From Raillietiella orientalis (Eukaryota), in NCBI GenBank assembly GCA_036172245.1, contig JAYWIR010000012.1, positions 2,604,001 to 2,668,000 of the forward strand: 64,000 nucleotides of DNA. The letters are read 5' to 3'. Of the stretch, positions 14,529 through 25,725 are shown piece after piece. The first letter of the stretch is position 1; the number at the start of each line of letters is the position of its first letter. Below the pieces are notes generated by a model that was given only the letters and a program-made list of their open reading frames with translations, had not been told where the DNA came from and searched no databases. The position numbers and the translations under genes were made by a program.

Positions 14529-14812
14529 CCTTCTCCTCCCTTTCTCTTCTTCCTCTCTCTCTTCCTCCTCCTTCCTTCATCTTCCCCTTCCTCCTCCTCC
14601 TCCCTTTCTTCTCTTCTTTTCCTCCCTCTCTTCCATCTTCTTCCCCTCTCCCTCTTCCCGCACCTCCTGCTCCTCTCATTCCACCTCCGTCTCCACTCCC
14701 TGGGTTTCGACTCCATCCTTTTTGCTCTCATTCTTCCTCCCTCTTTTCTCTTCTTTCTCTTTTTTCTTTTCGCCCCTCTTCCCCACCTTTTATTTCTTCC
14801 TCTCCCTTTTGC
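14529..14812 (+). repeat. CT-rich polypyrimidine low-complexity tract
   Basis: About 280 nt that are almost entirely C/T on the + strand. Confidence 0.85.
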
Positions 14813-16534
14813 TTCACGCAGGAGGATCCGCATGGGAACGGACGAGACGAATCCATGCCTCCTCCTCCCCCGAATTCTCTCGGGAAGCATAGCTGCGCAA
14901 GATGTGGCCCTTTCACGATGGCCCTACATCCTTTCCCTGTCCGTATTTGTAGTTTCCGCCTCATTCCGTGTGAATGAGCCGAGAAGAGAGACTTGTGAGC
15001 TGCGGAGGTCGGGAGATGAGTGACCACGCTCCGCGAACTTCCAGGGTCTCCTGGAACAACTACTTCCAAGGGTCCACTGGTCACAGCCGATAGAAGGCGT
15101 CTGCGAGGGAGGAAAAGGAGGAGGAATCACACAAGAGACGTAAAGGGAGGTGTCCGGGCTTTCTCGGTGGGGCCCTCAGAGACGGGAAAGTGCGATTTGA
15201 TCCGCTCTTTCCTCTCTCTCCATGTGGATCAGACAAACCCGAACCGTTGGTCACGTTTGTCTGCGCCACCCAACCCGCTGCGGGTATCCCGGAAGGACTC
15301 TGCAGACCTCCTGTTGGACCATTCTTTCCTGGAGTGCAGAAGGAGAACGGAAAGGGAATGACGGCTCAGGAGAGAAATCGTGGTCCCCGAGAGGGCTGAG
15401 AGATCCCCATGAGTTACGACGGCGTGGGATTTCTCCTTCTCTCGAAAAAGGAAGGGAAGGGGGGAGGGGGGAGGGAGGAAGAAAGCAGCGTCTATCTCCT
15501 TCTTCCTCTACCCGCGCGGTCGTAACGCGGAACTGTCCGCCGCCTGGCAAGCGCCTCTGCCCGAGGAGTCACCTGGCATTGACGACGGAGAGGGGCAAAG
15601 GGGAAGGGGAAAGAGAACTCCCGGGAGGCACGACGCACGGAGAAAGCAGCTCCACTCCGGTTATTCCCTCTGCACGCGGTCCCCTTCGCCGGGATGCGAA
15701 GCCGAGGGTGGGCGCGGAGGACTTAGTCCTTCCCCTTGATCCCGTAGGAGATGGCGCTGCAGATGCCTCGACCCCTCCGAGGAATGACTCCAGGGCGAGG
15801 CCCCTGGTGGCTCCTGGAAAAACCTCCCTGATGGTGGAGGTCTCCAGGAATTCAAAAATTTCCAGAATGAAAAAACAAAAAAGAAAGCTGTAAAAGCAGG
15901 GGAATTAAGGAAAGGGAGGAGAGACCAAGAAGGGGTTGCTGCTCCCACATGATGGCGCCCTTCCCACGAGCTGGCTGGGGTACCAGGTTGAGCACAGACG
16001 CCTCCAGCATCTCTCCGCTTCCGGAGGATGCACTCTCCGGGAGTTCAGTGGCTTTCGGTGCGAAGGGGTTCGGGATAGCGTCCGGATCCCAGAAGCTTCC
16101 CCACAGCGGTCCTGAACCTCGCTCCCAAGGGAATATGAGCAGGACAGAGTAGGAGGGAAGAACTCCGTTTCCCCCTTTCCTCCAGCTCCAATCCTTTATC
16201 CTCCGGAGAGAGAGCAATGGGTCTTCTCCCGACCCATAGAGGGGACAGAGGGAAGATCTGTTTTCCCTATCCCGCTCATCCCTCCTTTTCCCTTGAGCTC
16301 ATCTTTCCAGCTGGTCATGGGTCATCCGGTCTATCCGGACCACCGAAATCTACCTACGGGAGACGGAGGAAACTTCTGAGGAATTCTGGAGCGGCTGGAA
16401 GTCCTGGAAGAGAATAGGTCCGCAAAGAGGCCGTAGGAAGATGGTGAAAGTGAGAGGGGAGAGGGGAGAGAAGAGAAAGAAGGAGGAAAGCAACGGAAGG
16501 ACTTCCTCCGGAAGAAGGAAAGGCTTTTACGATC

Positions 16535-17010
16535 CCGGAAATAGGAAGGGGAGATCTCTCGAAGGACGGGATGGCGTCTCGGGAAGCGGCTCTGCTGCCT
16601 TTGGAAGGTGGAAAGGGGCGGACAGCAGCATGGCCGAGGAAGGGTCTTCATCCCGCGAGAGAAGGAAAGGGAGGGAGACCTAGAAAGAGGGAGTAAAGCG
16701 GGCGCGTCTCGAACGACCGCCTGCCGGGGTCCCCTTCGCCGGTGCCACCCGAAGAATGCCGCCTGCCGGAGCCATCTCCTCCCCCCCCTCCAAAGAATGT
16801 GGAATGAGACGACGGCGACGACACTGATGCTGGAGATAAGATGCACGGCGAGGACGCCCAACCATGGACCCACCCTTCTTCCTCTTCCCGCGCCCGTCGT
16901 AACTTAAAATGCAGAACTGCCCCTCGCCGCCGCCGCCGCCGCCGCCGCTTGGCGAGCACCTCTGCCCGAAGAGGCGCCTGGCGTCTCCGACGGAGAAGAG
17001 CAAAGAGGAG
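16535..17010 (-). repeat. interspersed repeat, probable decayed non-LTR RT core
   Basis: Direct nucleotide similarity to 13490-13840 and 15490-15610; minus strand gives RGPRQ..PLYSLFL and AASRDAI remnants. Confidence 0.55.
16925..16948 (+). repeat. (CGC)8 microsatellite
   Basis: Directly visible in the sequence. Confidence 0.85.
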
Positions 17011-17799
17011 GGGGAAGCCGAGAGAGGGAGGACAGAGCTGCGGTCATGAAGGAAACGTTGCCACGGAACCGTTCCCCTCGCCGTGGACTCCCGCCTTCGG
17101 TGCGCGCTACCCACGCCCTATGGCAGGAGGGGCGAAGGAAATCCGGGAGGAGAGCAGAACGAACGCCTTCACCTCAAGGGCAATCAAGAGGAGCTCCACC
17201 GGCAGCTCCTCTTGATTTCCCTTTGCCTGGACCTCCCCCTCCCTCTTCCTCTCTTCTTTGACGATGCCAAGACGATGCGTTCCATGTTCCCCACGACCCA
17301 GGAGACGAGCAGCGAGCCAGACTGATCCGCGCGCGCTCGCTCCTTGTTTCGGCGGCCATGATTGATCACCGTCCCACGCGACTCTCTCCCTCTCTCTCCC
17401 CCCTCCTCTCTCCCTGCTCGCCGGACAGCCGGTGACCTTATCAGATGGTGGTGGTGGTGCAAACGCCGAGGCGACTCGACCTCCCCCCGAGAGTCAGTCC
17501 GAGCCTCCATTTATCACCGGGAAGGCAAGACAGGAGCCACCGATCCGACAGAAAATCCCCGTATGGGGCGGGGGAGTGGTGGAAGAAGAAGAAGAAGGGA
17601 TTCTTTTGGGTTTGGGAACGATGCCGGGAGGAAGGTGTATGGGGAGGGCAGCGGGTGACGCTATCCCCACTCCTTCCGGGGAAGAGGAAAAAAAGAAAAA
17701 AACAAGGAGGGCAAAAGGCGCAAACGGGATGACTGCGGAATGGAGTGGAGCGACTGCAGGAAAAGGCTCTAAGAGAAAGAGGAGGAGGGAAGGAGCGAA

Positions 17800-18800
17800 G
17801 ATGTGATGCGGCGGTCAATCCGCGCGTACTACTGCAGCGCAGTCCCGCACCAAGGTAGAGGTCCAAAGGCATGAAGAATGGCTCTTGAGTTCTCAGAGGG
17901 ACCGCTGGAGCCTTGAGAGGAACTGCCAGGATAAGGCGGCGAAGAAGAGCCGTGGGAGGAGTAAGCTCACAAGGCCATGAACGCCGGGTCAAGTCTGCTG
18001 GTTGGCAGCTAGCGGCCTGATGAAACCGCGGGCCTTCGCCACGGGACACTCGCAAAGAAGAGGTCTTCGGGAAGTCTTCCGAGGTTTTCGAGATGCTGCA
18101 GAGGATCGCCTGGACGATCTCTTTGACCAGCCGGGGCGTGACCGCAGAAGCACATGTCCTCCTCCAGGAACAGTCGGAGATTCCCCATCATCGCGCGGGA
18201 TTCGCCGCTGCTGCGGATGGCTCAGGACACCACGGACACCACCTATGAGGTCCGCAAGACCTTGAGCGTCACCAGGGAGGAAGGGGAGGAGGGTTCCATG
18301 AGAGAGCTGCCCGCCTTCTGCGCGAGGCCGTCGTTCGCGCGCCTCCACCACTGCCGCCACAGCGGGAGAAAACTGTCGGCGCCGTGAGGAGTTCGGGACC
18401 AGCAGGGAGAGAATCCAGCGGCCTCCCTTTCGACCAGAGAGCCTCCCGGCGGAGCAGCAGCAGTGCATTGTGAAGGGGGTGGGGGAGATGACTCGCTCGG
18501 CAGCTCCGTGGAAAGAAGGATGCTGCTCAAAAGACAGAGAAGGTCGGCTGCGCGCAGCTACCGCGCCTGAGCGCGTGTGGCGCGCTTCGGCCCAAGGAGA
18601 GACCGGGACGCCGCAGCAGTGACGGGCATCGGCACGGAGTCATCGCGAAGCGGCTCGGAAACCGCCGACATTCAGGCTCCTCCCGAAATCCCCGACCCGG
18701 AAGATGCAGCGTCTCTGGTACAGTCGCCCAGTTTCCGGATTCCAACAGATCCCGGAGGAAAGGGAGGGGAGGAGGGGAAAGAGAGCGAAGGGTCCTGAAA
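17800..18800 (-). pseudogene. decayed Tx1-like ORF2 fragments
   Basis: SGNWATV and CCGVP near 18.6-18.75 kb. PRLVKEIVQAI, GVHGLVSL and FFAALSWQFLSRL near 17.9-18.15 kb resemble the Tx1-type GGQGLV..AAFRLQFxQRL segment. Confidence 0.4.
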
Positions 18801-20111
18801 ATTTTTTCTTCGATCTCCCTTTTCTCCCTCAAAGGAGCACAGCAGCGGCAGCCGAACAGCGCGAAGAACGGAACGTGGCGGGTAGCGGAGCGACGAAGTC
18901 AGGAGTTGCCCTCAGGACGAACAGGCGACCCGCACGCCGCTGCGTACCAGTTCAAGCTCGGCGTCACCGTGGATCCAGCGAGGGAGAGGAGAGGGAAGGG
19001 GAGGAGAGGACAACTGAACAGCTGGACAGCTCCATCGTCCGTCGCTCCTTCCAGCTTCCGATCTCTTCAGCGATGGCCCGGGACGGGGGTGGAAAGGAGC
19101 GCCAAGTTCCAGGGCCTCTGAGAAACCCTGTTCCTCACGGCGAACGGAAGGCTTGAGGAGGATGAGTTAGGAACGACGGCAAGCATCGGGGATCCCCCCG
19201 GGTTTGATTCGCGGCGTCCTCAACTGGCGGGAGGGACGGTGCTGCCGCCGCCGCCTCTGTGGACAGCTCCGGAAGCTTGCAGAATCCCGGATTTAGAAAC
19301 GTCTCGAAGACGCCCTTAGGGACCGCGATCTTCGGGGTATGGGAGTGGGGGTGGGGAAAACGGGCACTCTCCGACGATGGGTGCAGTTTGTACCCAGTTT
19401 GTACCTTCTCGGACCTGGGTTCTGCACCCAAGAGAACGGTTCGAGACGGGGGCAGGCAGGGTGAGGGCCAGAGGGGGAAGTCTTCTTTCCCTCTTGCCTG
19501 AGCCTTCCTCCCTGGGACGAAGCACAGGCGAAGGGGTCTCTATTCCCGCTTCTTTCCCTCCCCCCCCTTTCCCCTGCTGGTGTGCCTCGAGGGGACGAAG
19601 ATGAAGAGGAGGATGCCAGGTGCTCCCCAAGGCGCTCGCACGCGCGCGGGGCGCTGAGCAAGTCCGCCGCCGCGAGCCCGCGCAACGGAAAAGCGAGGGG
19701 CCACCCGCCCCGACCGCTCCCCCGAAAAAACGATCCGGCGCGCGGAGGAGCGCGCGCGCTCCTCGTGTGCGCGTGCGTGCATGCGTGTTTGGCATCTTGA
19801 TGGTGATTATGGATGCACGCACGCACGCAGCTGATGACGCGGGCGCGTCACGGTCCCGGGCTGCATAATCGCGAAGCCAAATTGCACCGGGCTGTCAACA
19901 GCAGGCTCCAGCCCTCTTCTTCTTGGCGCAATTTGGGGTCCTGGAACGCTTTCCATTCAAGCAACCGGAGGCGGCGGTGTCATGGAAGGGTCCAAATTAT
20001 ACGCTCAGGAGGAATAGGCGAGCGCCTACAGCCCATGATTACGGGATCCCCCATAAACCAATAAAAATTGCGAAAAGGTAAACATTGTAAAAAAAATAAA
20101 AACCAAAGATT

Positions 20112-20216
20112 GGCGCTGGAAGGAGCCACGTGCAACGGAACTGGAGAAAGCTAGTACGACGGCGCTGAATGGAACTACGCACGACGGCGCCGGAGAGAAC
20201 CACGTGCGACGGCGCT
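20112..20216 (+). repeat. degenerate minisatellite, four units of about 25 bp
   Basis: GGCGCTGGAAGGAGCCACGTGCAAC / GGAACTGGAGAAAGCTAGTACGAC / GGCGCTGAATGGAACTACGCACGAC / GGCGCCGGAGAGAACCACGTGCGAC / GGCGCT. Confidence 0.75.
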
Positions 20217-21336
20217 CTGCGGTACGCAGCTTCTGGTCGGAGGAAAGATTGATGGACCGGTTGACGGAAGGGAGGACTTCGCCGCGTGTACCTCCGCCAC
20301 CGAGGACACGCTTTTTACTGCTGTGCCGCGGAAGAGCGCCCCGCGGCGGCGGCGGCAGCAGCAGCCTCGATCAGGAGCTGTCGCCGTCATCCCATGTCCC
20401 GCGTTCATTAAATTTTACTGCAGCAGTATCAAGGAAGCTGCGAAAAAGAGTTCGCCTCTCTCCGTGCATCCATCCCTCCCTCCCTACGTTCCGCCCTGCC
20501 TCGGCTGGATCCGAGGAAAAGTACTGCGTCCCGGGAAAGGAAGGGGGGGAGGAGAGAAGGGAGGGGGAACGATGCGCCGCAGCCTCGTTCCCTACCGATG
20601 AGGAGAGGCGACCTCTCATGCTCTCTCCTCCCTGAACCTGGGGGTCAAAGGCGACCCCTTGGTTCGAGTGGATGGGTGACTCGCATCTCACCCACCCCCA
20701 TCCACTCCACTCCCGTCGCATCCGTAGCAGCGTGCCCTTGCGGAAGGCTGCGAGCCTCGGGGAGGTGGTCGCGGGATGGTGCCATCGCTCCTGGAACTCC
20801 CTCCTTCGCGCAGAACGCGTGCGACCTAGGGCAAGAACCACGTCTCCATAGCCTCCTCCGGCTGCCGTGGCTGTTCTCGCGGTTCCTGAAGTTGCCAGAC
20901 CACCTTGGAAATGGTAGGAACGGCTTGACCCCCTCCCTCGTCCCTCTCCCGCACGACAGGCCGTTCGGAGGACCGCCGCTAGCACGCCGAAACCGAAGGC
21001 CCGAAAGACTGGGGGGAGCACCGCCGCCTGCCCTTGATTTCCGCCTTGGAGCGCGTGTGGCAGACATGGCAAAGGAGCGAAAGCGAAGGGCGGTTGCCTC
21101 GGCTTCGTCGGAGCCTCGCCGCGTAAGAACCGCTTTACCTGGAGCTCCGGGAAGATGCCCTAGAAACGCCCGGTATTTCTCCTCTGCATGTACGGAGGAG
21201 GTTCCAGGGAGTCAACTCCGGTGGAAAGTGCGAACGGCGTCTCCCCGGGCAGCAGCGGCTTGTCTACTGTTGCGGGAACGGCAAGGGACAGCCTCCCTCC
21301 GAAGAGGCTCCGACACGCAACAGTGTCGGAGCCTGC

Positions 21337-21966
21337 TCTGGCACCTACGTGGCTGCGATCTCCTTTTGGCGTAGCGGTTCGAATCCCGTCCGGAGAGGGA
21401 AGGATCGATGCCGAGAACGCAGGTTGCGTCGTGGGTTTCGAGTCCTCCCCCGCCCCTCCCTCTGGATGACGCTCTTCACGGGCTTCAGGTGTGGCGCTGG
21501 TGGGAAGCCAGATGCCCTCTGTTGACCAGCCGGGATCGATAGCTGACCATCCGGACTCCCTCCAGGACACTCAACGAGTCGGTTCCTTTCCGGGTTCCCC
21601 TCCGGCTGTGAAAACGAGTCCCTCCCTTGGGGGGATCATGGAGCTGGTTGATACCCCTCCTTTCGTGGAGTCACCTCTCCAGAGCGTACGAAGCGCTCTG
21701 TTCCCTTCGGGATTCTCTTCAGGGGAGGAAACGAGGAACGAATCCTTTCCGGGATGTGAAATGAGGAGAAATGAGGAAAGTCACCCTCCGGGTGGTCCCT
21801 CCGGAGAGAGGGAGGAAGAGATTCTCTTCGAGGTTCCCTCCCAAGAGTAAGAACGACGGACTTCTTCCTCCAGAGACTTCCTGGACGGTTCCCTCCGGGG
21901 TCACCTCCTATAACTTGAGGAGTTGCACGCATCCTCGGGTGGCGCAGGACCATGCTAAGGGGTCCG
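21337..21966 (+). mobile_element. tRNA-derived SINE-like element, near-full-length copy
   Basis: B-box GGTTCGAATCC at about 21376. Body blocks (GAGCTGGTTGATACCCC, AAGCGCTCTGTTCCCTTCGG, CCCAAGAGTAAGA, TATAACTTGAGGAGT, CCTCGGGTGGCG) align by eye with copies at 24.4-26.0, 51.2, 57.7 and 61.2-61.9 kb. Confidence 0.75.
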
Positions 21967-23929
21967 ATGCTGCGTGCCGCCTGCCACGGTTGATGCGCTG
22001 CCAGCAGCGCACCCTCCCCTTTATCTTGGCGTGTTGAAGTGTACTCTCTGCGTATGTATCGTGAAACACGGAGCAATTTTTTTTTTCCTCTCCTTTCTGC
22101 CGCTGTTGTTTTCCAGACGCATTTGTGCTGCCCAGTGTGCGCACTCGGAGCTATCGGTGTGTTGCCGTGGCAGCGGGTGAGCACATGAATCTGCAAAAAA
22201 ACAGGAAAAAAGAAAGAAAGAAGAAGAGGTGGAAATCCCGAAGGCGTTTTCTTCAGCTGCGGATTCCTTTTCAATGGACTGAAGGGAACCCGCAGCTCTC
22301 GAGAGGACACCAGGAAGCAAGAGGCTGGAGTCGACGGTCTCAGGAACAAGAAAGAATCCCCAGGGCGTGGTCACCCTTCCTTCTGCTTCTCCAACGCTTC
22401 CTGCACGTGGAAGCTGTCCGTGCTCAGGCCGGAAGGCTGTGCCTGCTCAGGAAGCAGAAGCGACACCGTGGTGTTTTGACATGACTCCTTGGCTGCAACT
22501 GGGCGGCGTCAGGAGGAGGATCGCAGTCTCAATGCGCCCACCTGAGTTGAAACCGGAGCGGCGACACCCGACACGACAAGGAGGGCGAGGTTGCCATGGA
22601 AACCACCTGGAAGCCCACGCGAAGAATCGGACGTTCTGGAAAACAAAGAAAAAAGAGACGATCGAAGGTGTTCCGCGCGCTCCGTCGTTCGCAGTGGTAG
22701 TGGGTGGGGTGGGATAAGACAGAAGTGGGGGTGAGGAGACGAAATTGAAGCTCCCGGTCGAGTCCGGCGTGTGTGGGGAGGGAGGGTTGAAGGTTTTGGC
22801 TGCTGCCAGGTCCAGAGCCGTCCAAGCCACATGAACGGCTTCCATCCGTTGCATTATATCGACCAATCATCGATCCAGGACCCATATCTCCTACTCTACC
22901 CATCCCCCTTCCTTGCGCAAGGCTTCCTCCGCCAGGAGTGGATGGATGCTTCCTCTCAGCCACTACCTGGTCCGCCGCCTCCGCTCACGAGATGGCCAGC
23001 GCAGGGAAAGGGAACCGGAGTCAGGGCACTCCAATGCTAGATGCCGTAGGAGAGGGAGGGGGACAGCGCGAAGCAAGAAACACTGAGCAATGGAGGCGGA
23101 CAGCACGGGGCAATCCTCCTTCCCTCTCCCTGGGAGCAGTCGCTCAGAAGGGAAGTCCTCTTTCGCAAACGAGGGGTCTCGGCAAAGCTCCCCCTCCTCC
23201 CTCCCACCTCAGGAAGAGGGATGAGCATGGTATGGTGATCCCTCCACCTCCGTTACTTGGGACCGGCTGCGGTGGTGCCTCGCCCTACCGGATGCCCACG
23301 GCCTGCCTGTGGGCAAGCGACCCGAAACTGACTTTCGCCCGCGTCGCAAAAACCTGTGAAGCGATCCCATAAAGCCGAAACGGGGAGGAGGGCACAGATG
23401 TGGGGAAGCGTGTAACGAGACACCCTTGTGCTCCCTCTCATGGAGAGGCCTGAAGCCCCCTGGGGTGAGGAAGGAAGGAACAGAAGGGGAAGAAGTGATG
23501 TGTACCGGAACGCCCAGCGCTTCCAGGGTGCGCACCATGAAGGAAGAGAGAGGCCGCAGACCGAGAAGCCCGTGCCTACCAGCCACGACGTCGACGAGGA
23601 GGAGAGAATTCCGTCCGCAGAGAAGCATCCGAAGATGGGAAGAGCAGATCGGTTGGCCGTGGCGATGGCAGGAATCTGCTCCCCACCCACGCACTTCATT
23701 TTCAACCTGCAGCCCTCCTCACGAAAACGAACTTCAAGCACCGGCGAACGCTTTCGAATGGACCCAGCTGGAAACACGAGGCGGCAGCCGTGACAACGGG
23801 AAACGCAGATCTCCAAATGGCTTTCCGCCGACCGGGACCGGCGATTGCCGGGTTCTCTTCGGAGAAGCAACGAGGAGTGGCCAGCCCCTCCGAACACCAG
23901 AGACCCCGGAGACCTCCGGAGACAAGGGA

Positions 23930-24010
23930 GAGGGTTCCCTTTGGGGTACCCTACTAGGCGTAAGAGAAACGGACCCATTCCTCTTCCAGAACCTTCCTGG
24001 ATTCATGGGG
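23930..24010 (+). mobile_element. SINE-like internal fragment
   Basis: CTACTAGGCGTAAGAGAAACGGACCC...AACCTTCCTGGATTCATGGG matches 51440-51497. Confidence 0.5.
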
Positions 24011-24427
24011 TGTTTGTGGATCGCGAATTATTGCCATCGTTGTCTTCACTGTCATCTCCCAATTGCCTGATTGCTGCTCTTCCTGGAACGCCGCGCACCC
24101 AAGCAAAGAGCAAGCGCGTGGTGGTCACAAGGACGGTCCGACTCCCCGCATCCCGACGCAGCCCCTAGCCCGAAGGACCTCTGGTGGACATGGGCAAGCT
24201 CTGGAACAGCCCCAGCAGGCCTTGCCTTGAGTGCCGAAGGCCGCAGCGAAACACGACGGTCGCGAAGACATCGGACAAAACGATTCTCCAGCTTTGAAGG
24301 GCGGGCATGCGCGCGGGCGTCTATTCCCGTTTCACTGCCCGCTGTTTCAAAGACGCCTTTTCTCCTTTTTTTTTTCCTTTTTTTTTTTTGTCCCCAAAGA
24401 CTTGTGGTCATCTGACTGTCGTCCTAG

Positions 24428-24840
24428 GATGGTAGAAATCCTTTTGGGTTCTTCGCTGGTTCGCTGCTTTCCTTTTCCTTTTTTCTTGGTTCTTAAGGGT
24501 GTTAAAGAGCCGTTCGCCTCCTTAGGGAGAGGAATCACGAAAGCTCTTTAACCTTTAACCTAACGAAAGCCCTTAAAGTTAGAGGTAACCCGGAGGGACT
24601 ACCCTAAGAATTCAGGAAGGCTTTAAGGAAGGAGTCCGTCCCTCTTACTCTTGGGAGGAAACCCTCCATCCTGACTGTTCCCTAAGGGAACTCTGAAAGA
24701 AACCTTTTTCTCTCCGGAGGGACCCCCCAGAAAGGATTCGTTCCCTGTTTGCTCCTCTGAAGAGAACTTCGAAGGGAGCAGTGCGCTTCTTACATTCGGG
24801 AGAGGCAACTCCGGGAAGGGGTATCAACCAGCTCTATGAT
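24428..24840 (-). mobile_element. SINE-like element, 3' half of the interrupted copy
   Basis: Resumes at ATCATAGAGCTGGTTGATACCCC, where the 5' half stops relative to the 21.3-kb copy; ends in GTTAAAGAGC...GGAGGCGAACGGCTC plus an A-rich tail. Confidence 0.72.
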
Positions 24841-25725
24841 ACGCGATGGAGAGCTCCCACCGAGGAAAGCACCGTGACCAAATGGGAGGTCAGTTGCGAA
24901 ATCAGTCAGAAGACGAGGGAACTAGATGGTTGAATCACAGATACACTGCGACCCCAAGTGCCCCACCGAAAGGACTATTGCACTGGGGTGAGCTGCTGGG
25001 GATTCCGCAGGAAGTCCTCGAGTGGCTCCTAGCGCTGAAGACCTCCCCATGAAGGGCCAGGAGTCGGCACTCCTGCTGTTGCACTGGGACCTCCTGTGCA
25101 ACGCCCGCCGGTCTCACTGGACCCGGGGGGCTGTGGATCCCAACTGTTGCAGGTGCGGGGAACGGGAATCCCAGCCCCCGCACCTGCTCGTAGACTGTGT
25201 TGCCCTCCGGACCCTGCGTTTGCATTACGCAACAGCTCTTGGTACACCGACGGACAATGCCAGGGACGTGATGAAGCGCCTGTTCGTGCGCGATGCCCTT
25301 TCGCCTGCCGCATCCCCAGCAGCTCCTTGCCGCTGCCTACGAGGGATTGCGGCAGCCTGGAGCCACGCGAGAGGAGGACAGCACGACAGGGACGCCAGCT
25401 GCTCCGCGCTGCGCTTCCTACGGGCGGCAGCAAGATGGGCCCACCTGGGACTTACTCGGATGGAGCTTGCCGGCATCCTGAAAAGGATGCAGAGGACGCC
25501 CTCCAGCGGATAGTGATCCCTTAGCTAACCCCCCTAATTTTTTGTATATATTTTTTTGTGTTATTTTTATTTTCGTTTGCCCCTCAGCTGCCGAGGTGAA
25601 CCTCGGCGGCCTGCGTGCCGGTCATTCGGCAGGTTGAGAACATTTTCGGACGATGTTAGGCCGATGGCCCTACACATGTATGTTTGTTTCTTATAAGAAA
25701 CGTCCCGGAGTGACCGGGTGACCAA
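24841..25725 (+). mobile_element. 3' end of a non-LTR retrotransposon (C-terminal CCHC zinc knuckle plus 3' UTR), inserted into a SINE
   Basis: ORF 25022-25513 contains LLHW...HWTRGAVDPNCCRCGERESQPPHLLVDC, followed by a T-rich tract and a structured 3' UTR; homologous to 51700-52542. Confidence 0.75.

Noticed and set aside
20112..20216. CRISPR-like array
   Set aside because: Tandem degenerate units without unique spacers, eukaryotic context, no cas genes.
25588..25632. HDV-like or hammerhead ribozyme in the LINE 3' UTR
   Set aside because: I could not fit the HDV nested double pseudoknot or the hammerhead CUGANGA/GAAA core by eye; kept only as a conserved stem-loop.
24841..25725. Sequence-specific targeting of the SINE by a Tx1-like element
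   Set aside because: The 3' flanks of the three copies (25726, 52543, 60378) share no obvious target sequence.
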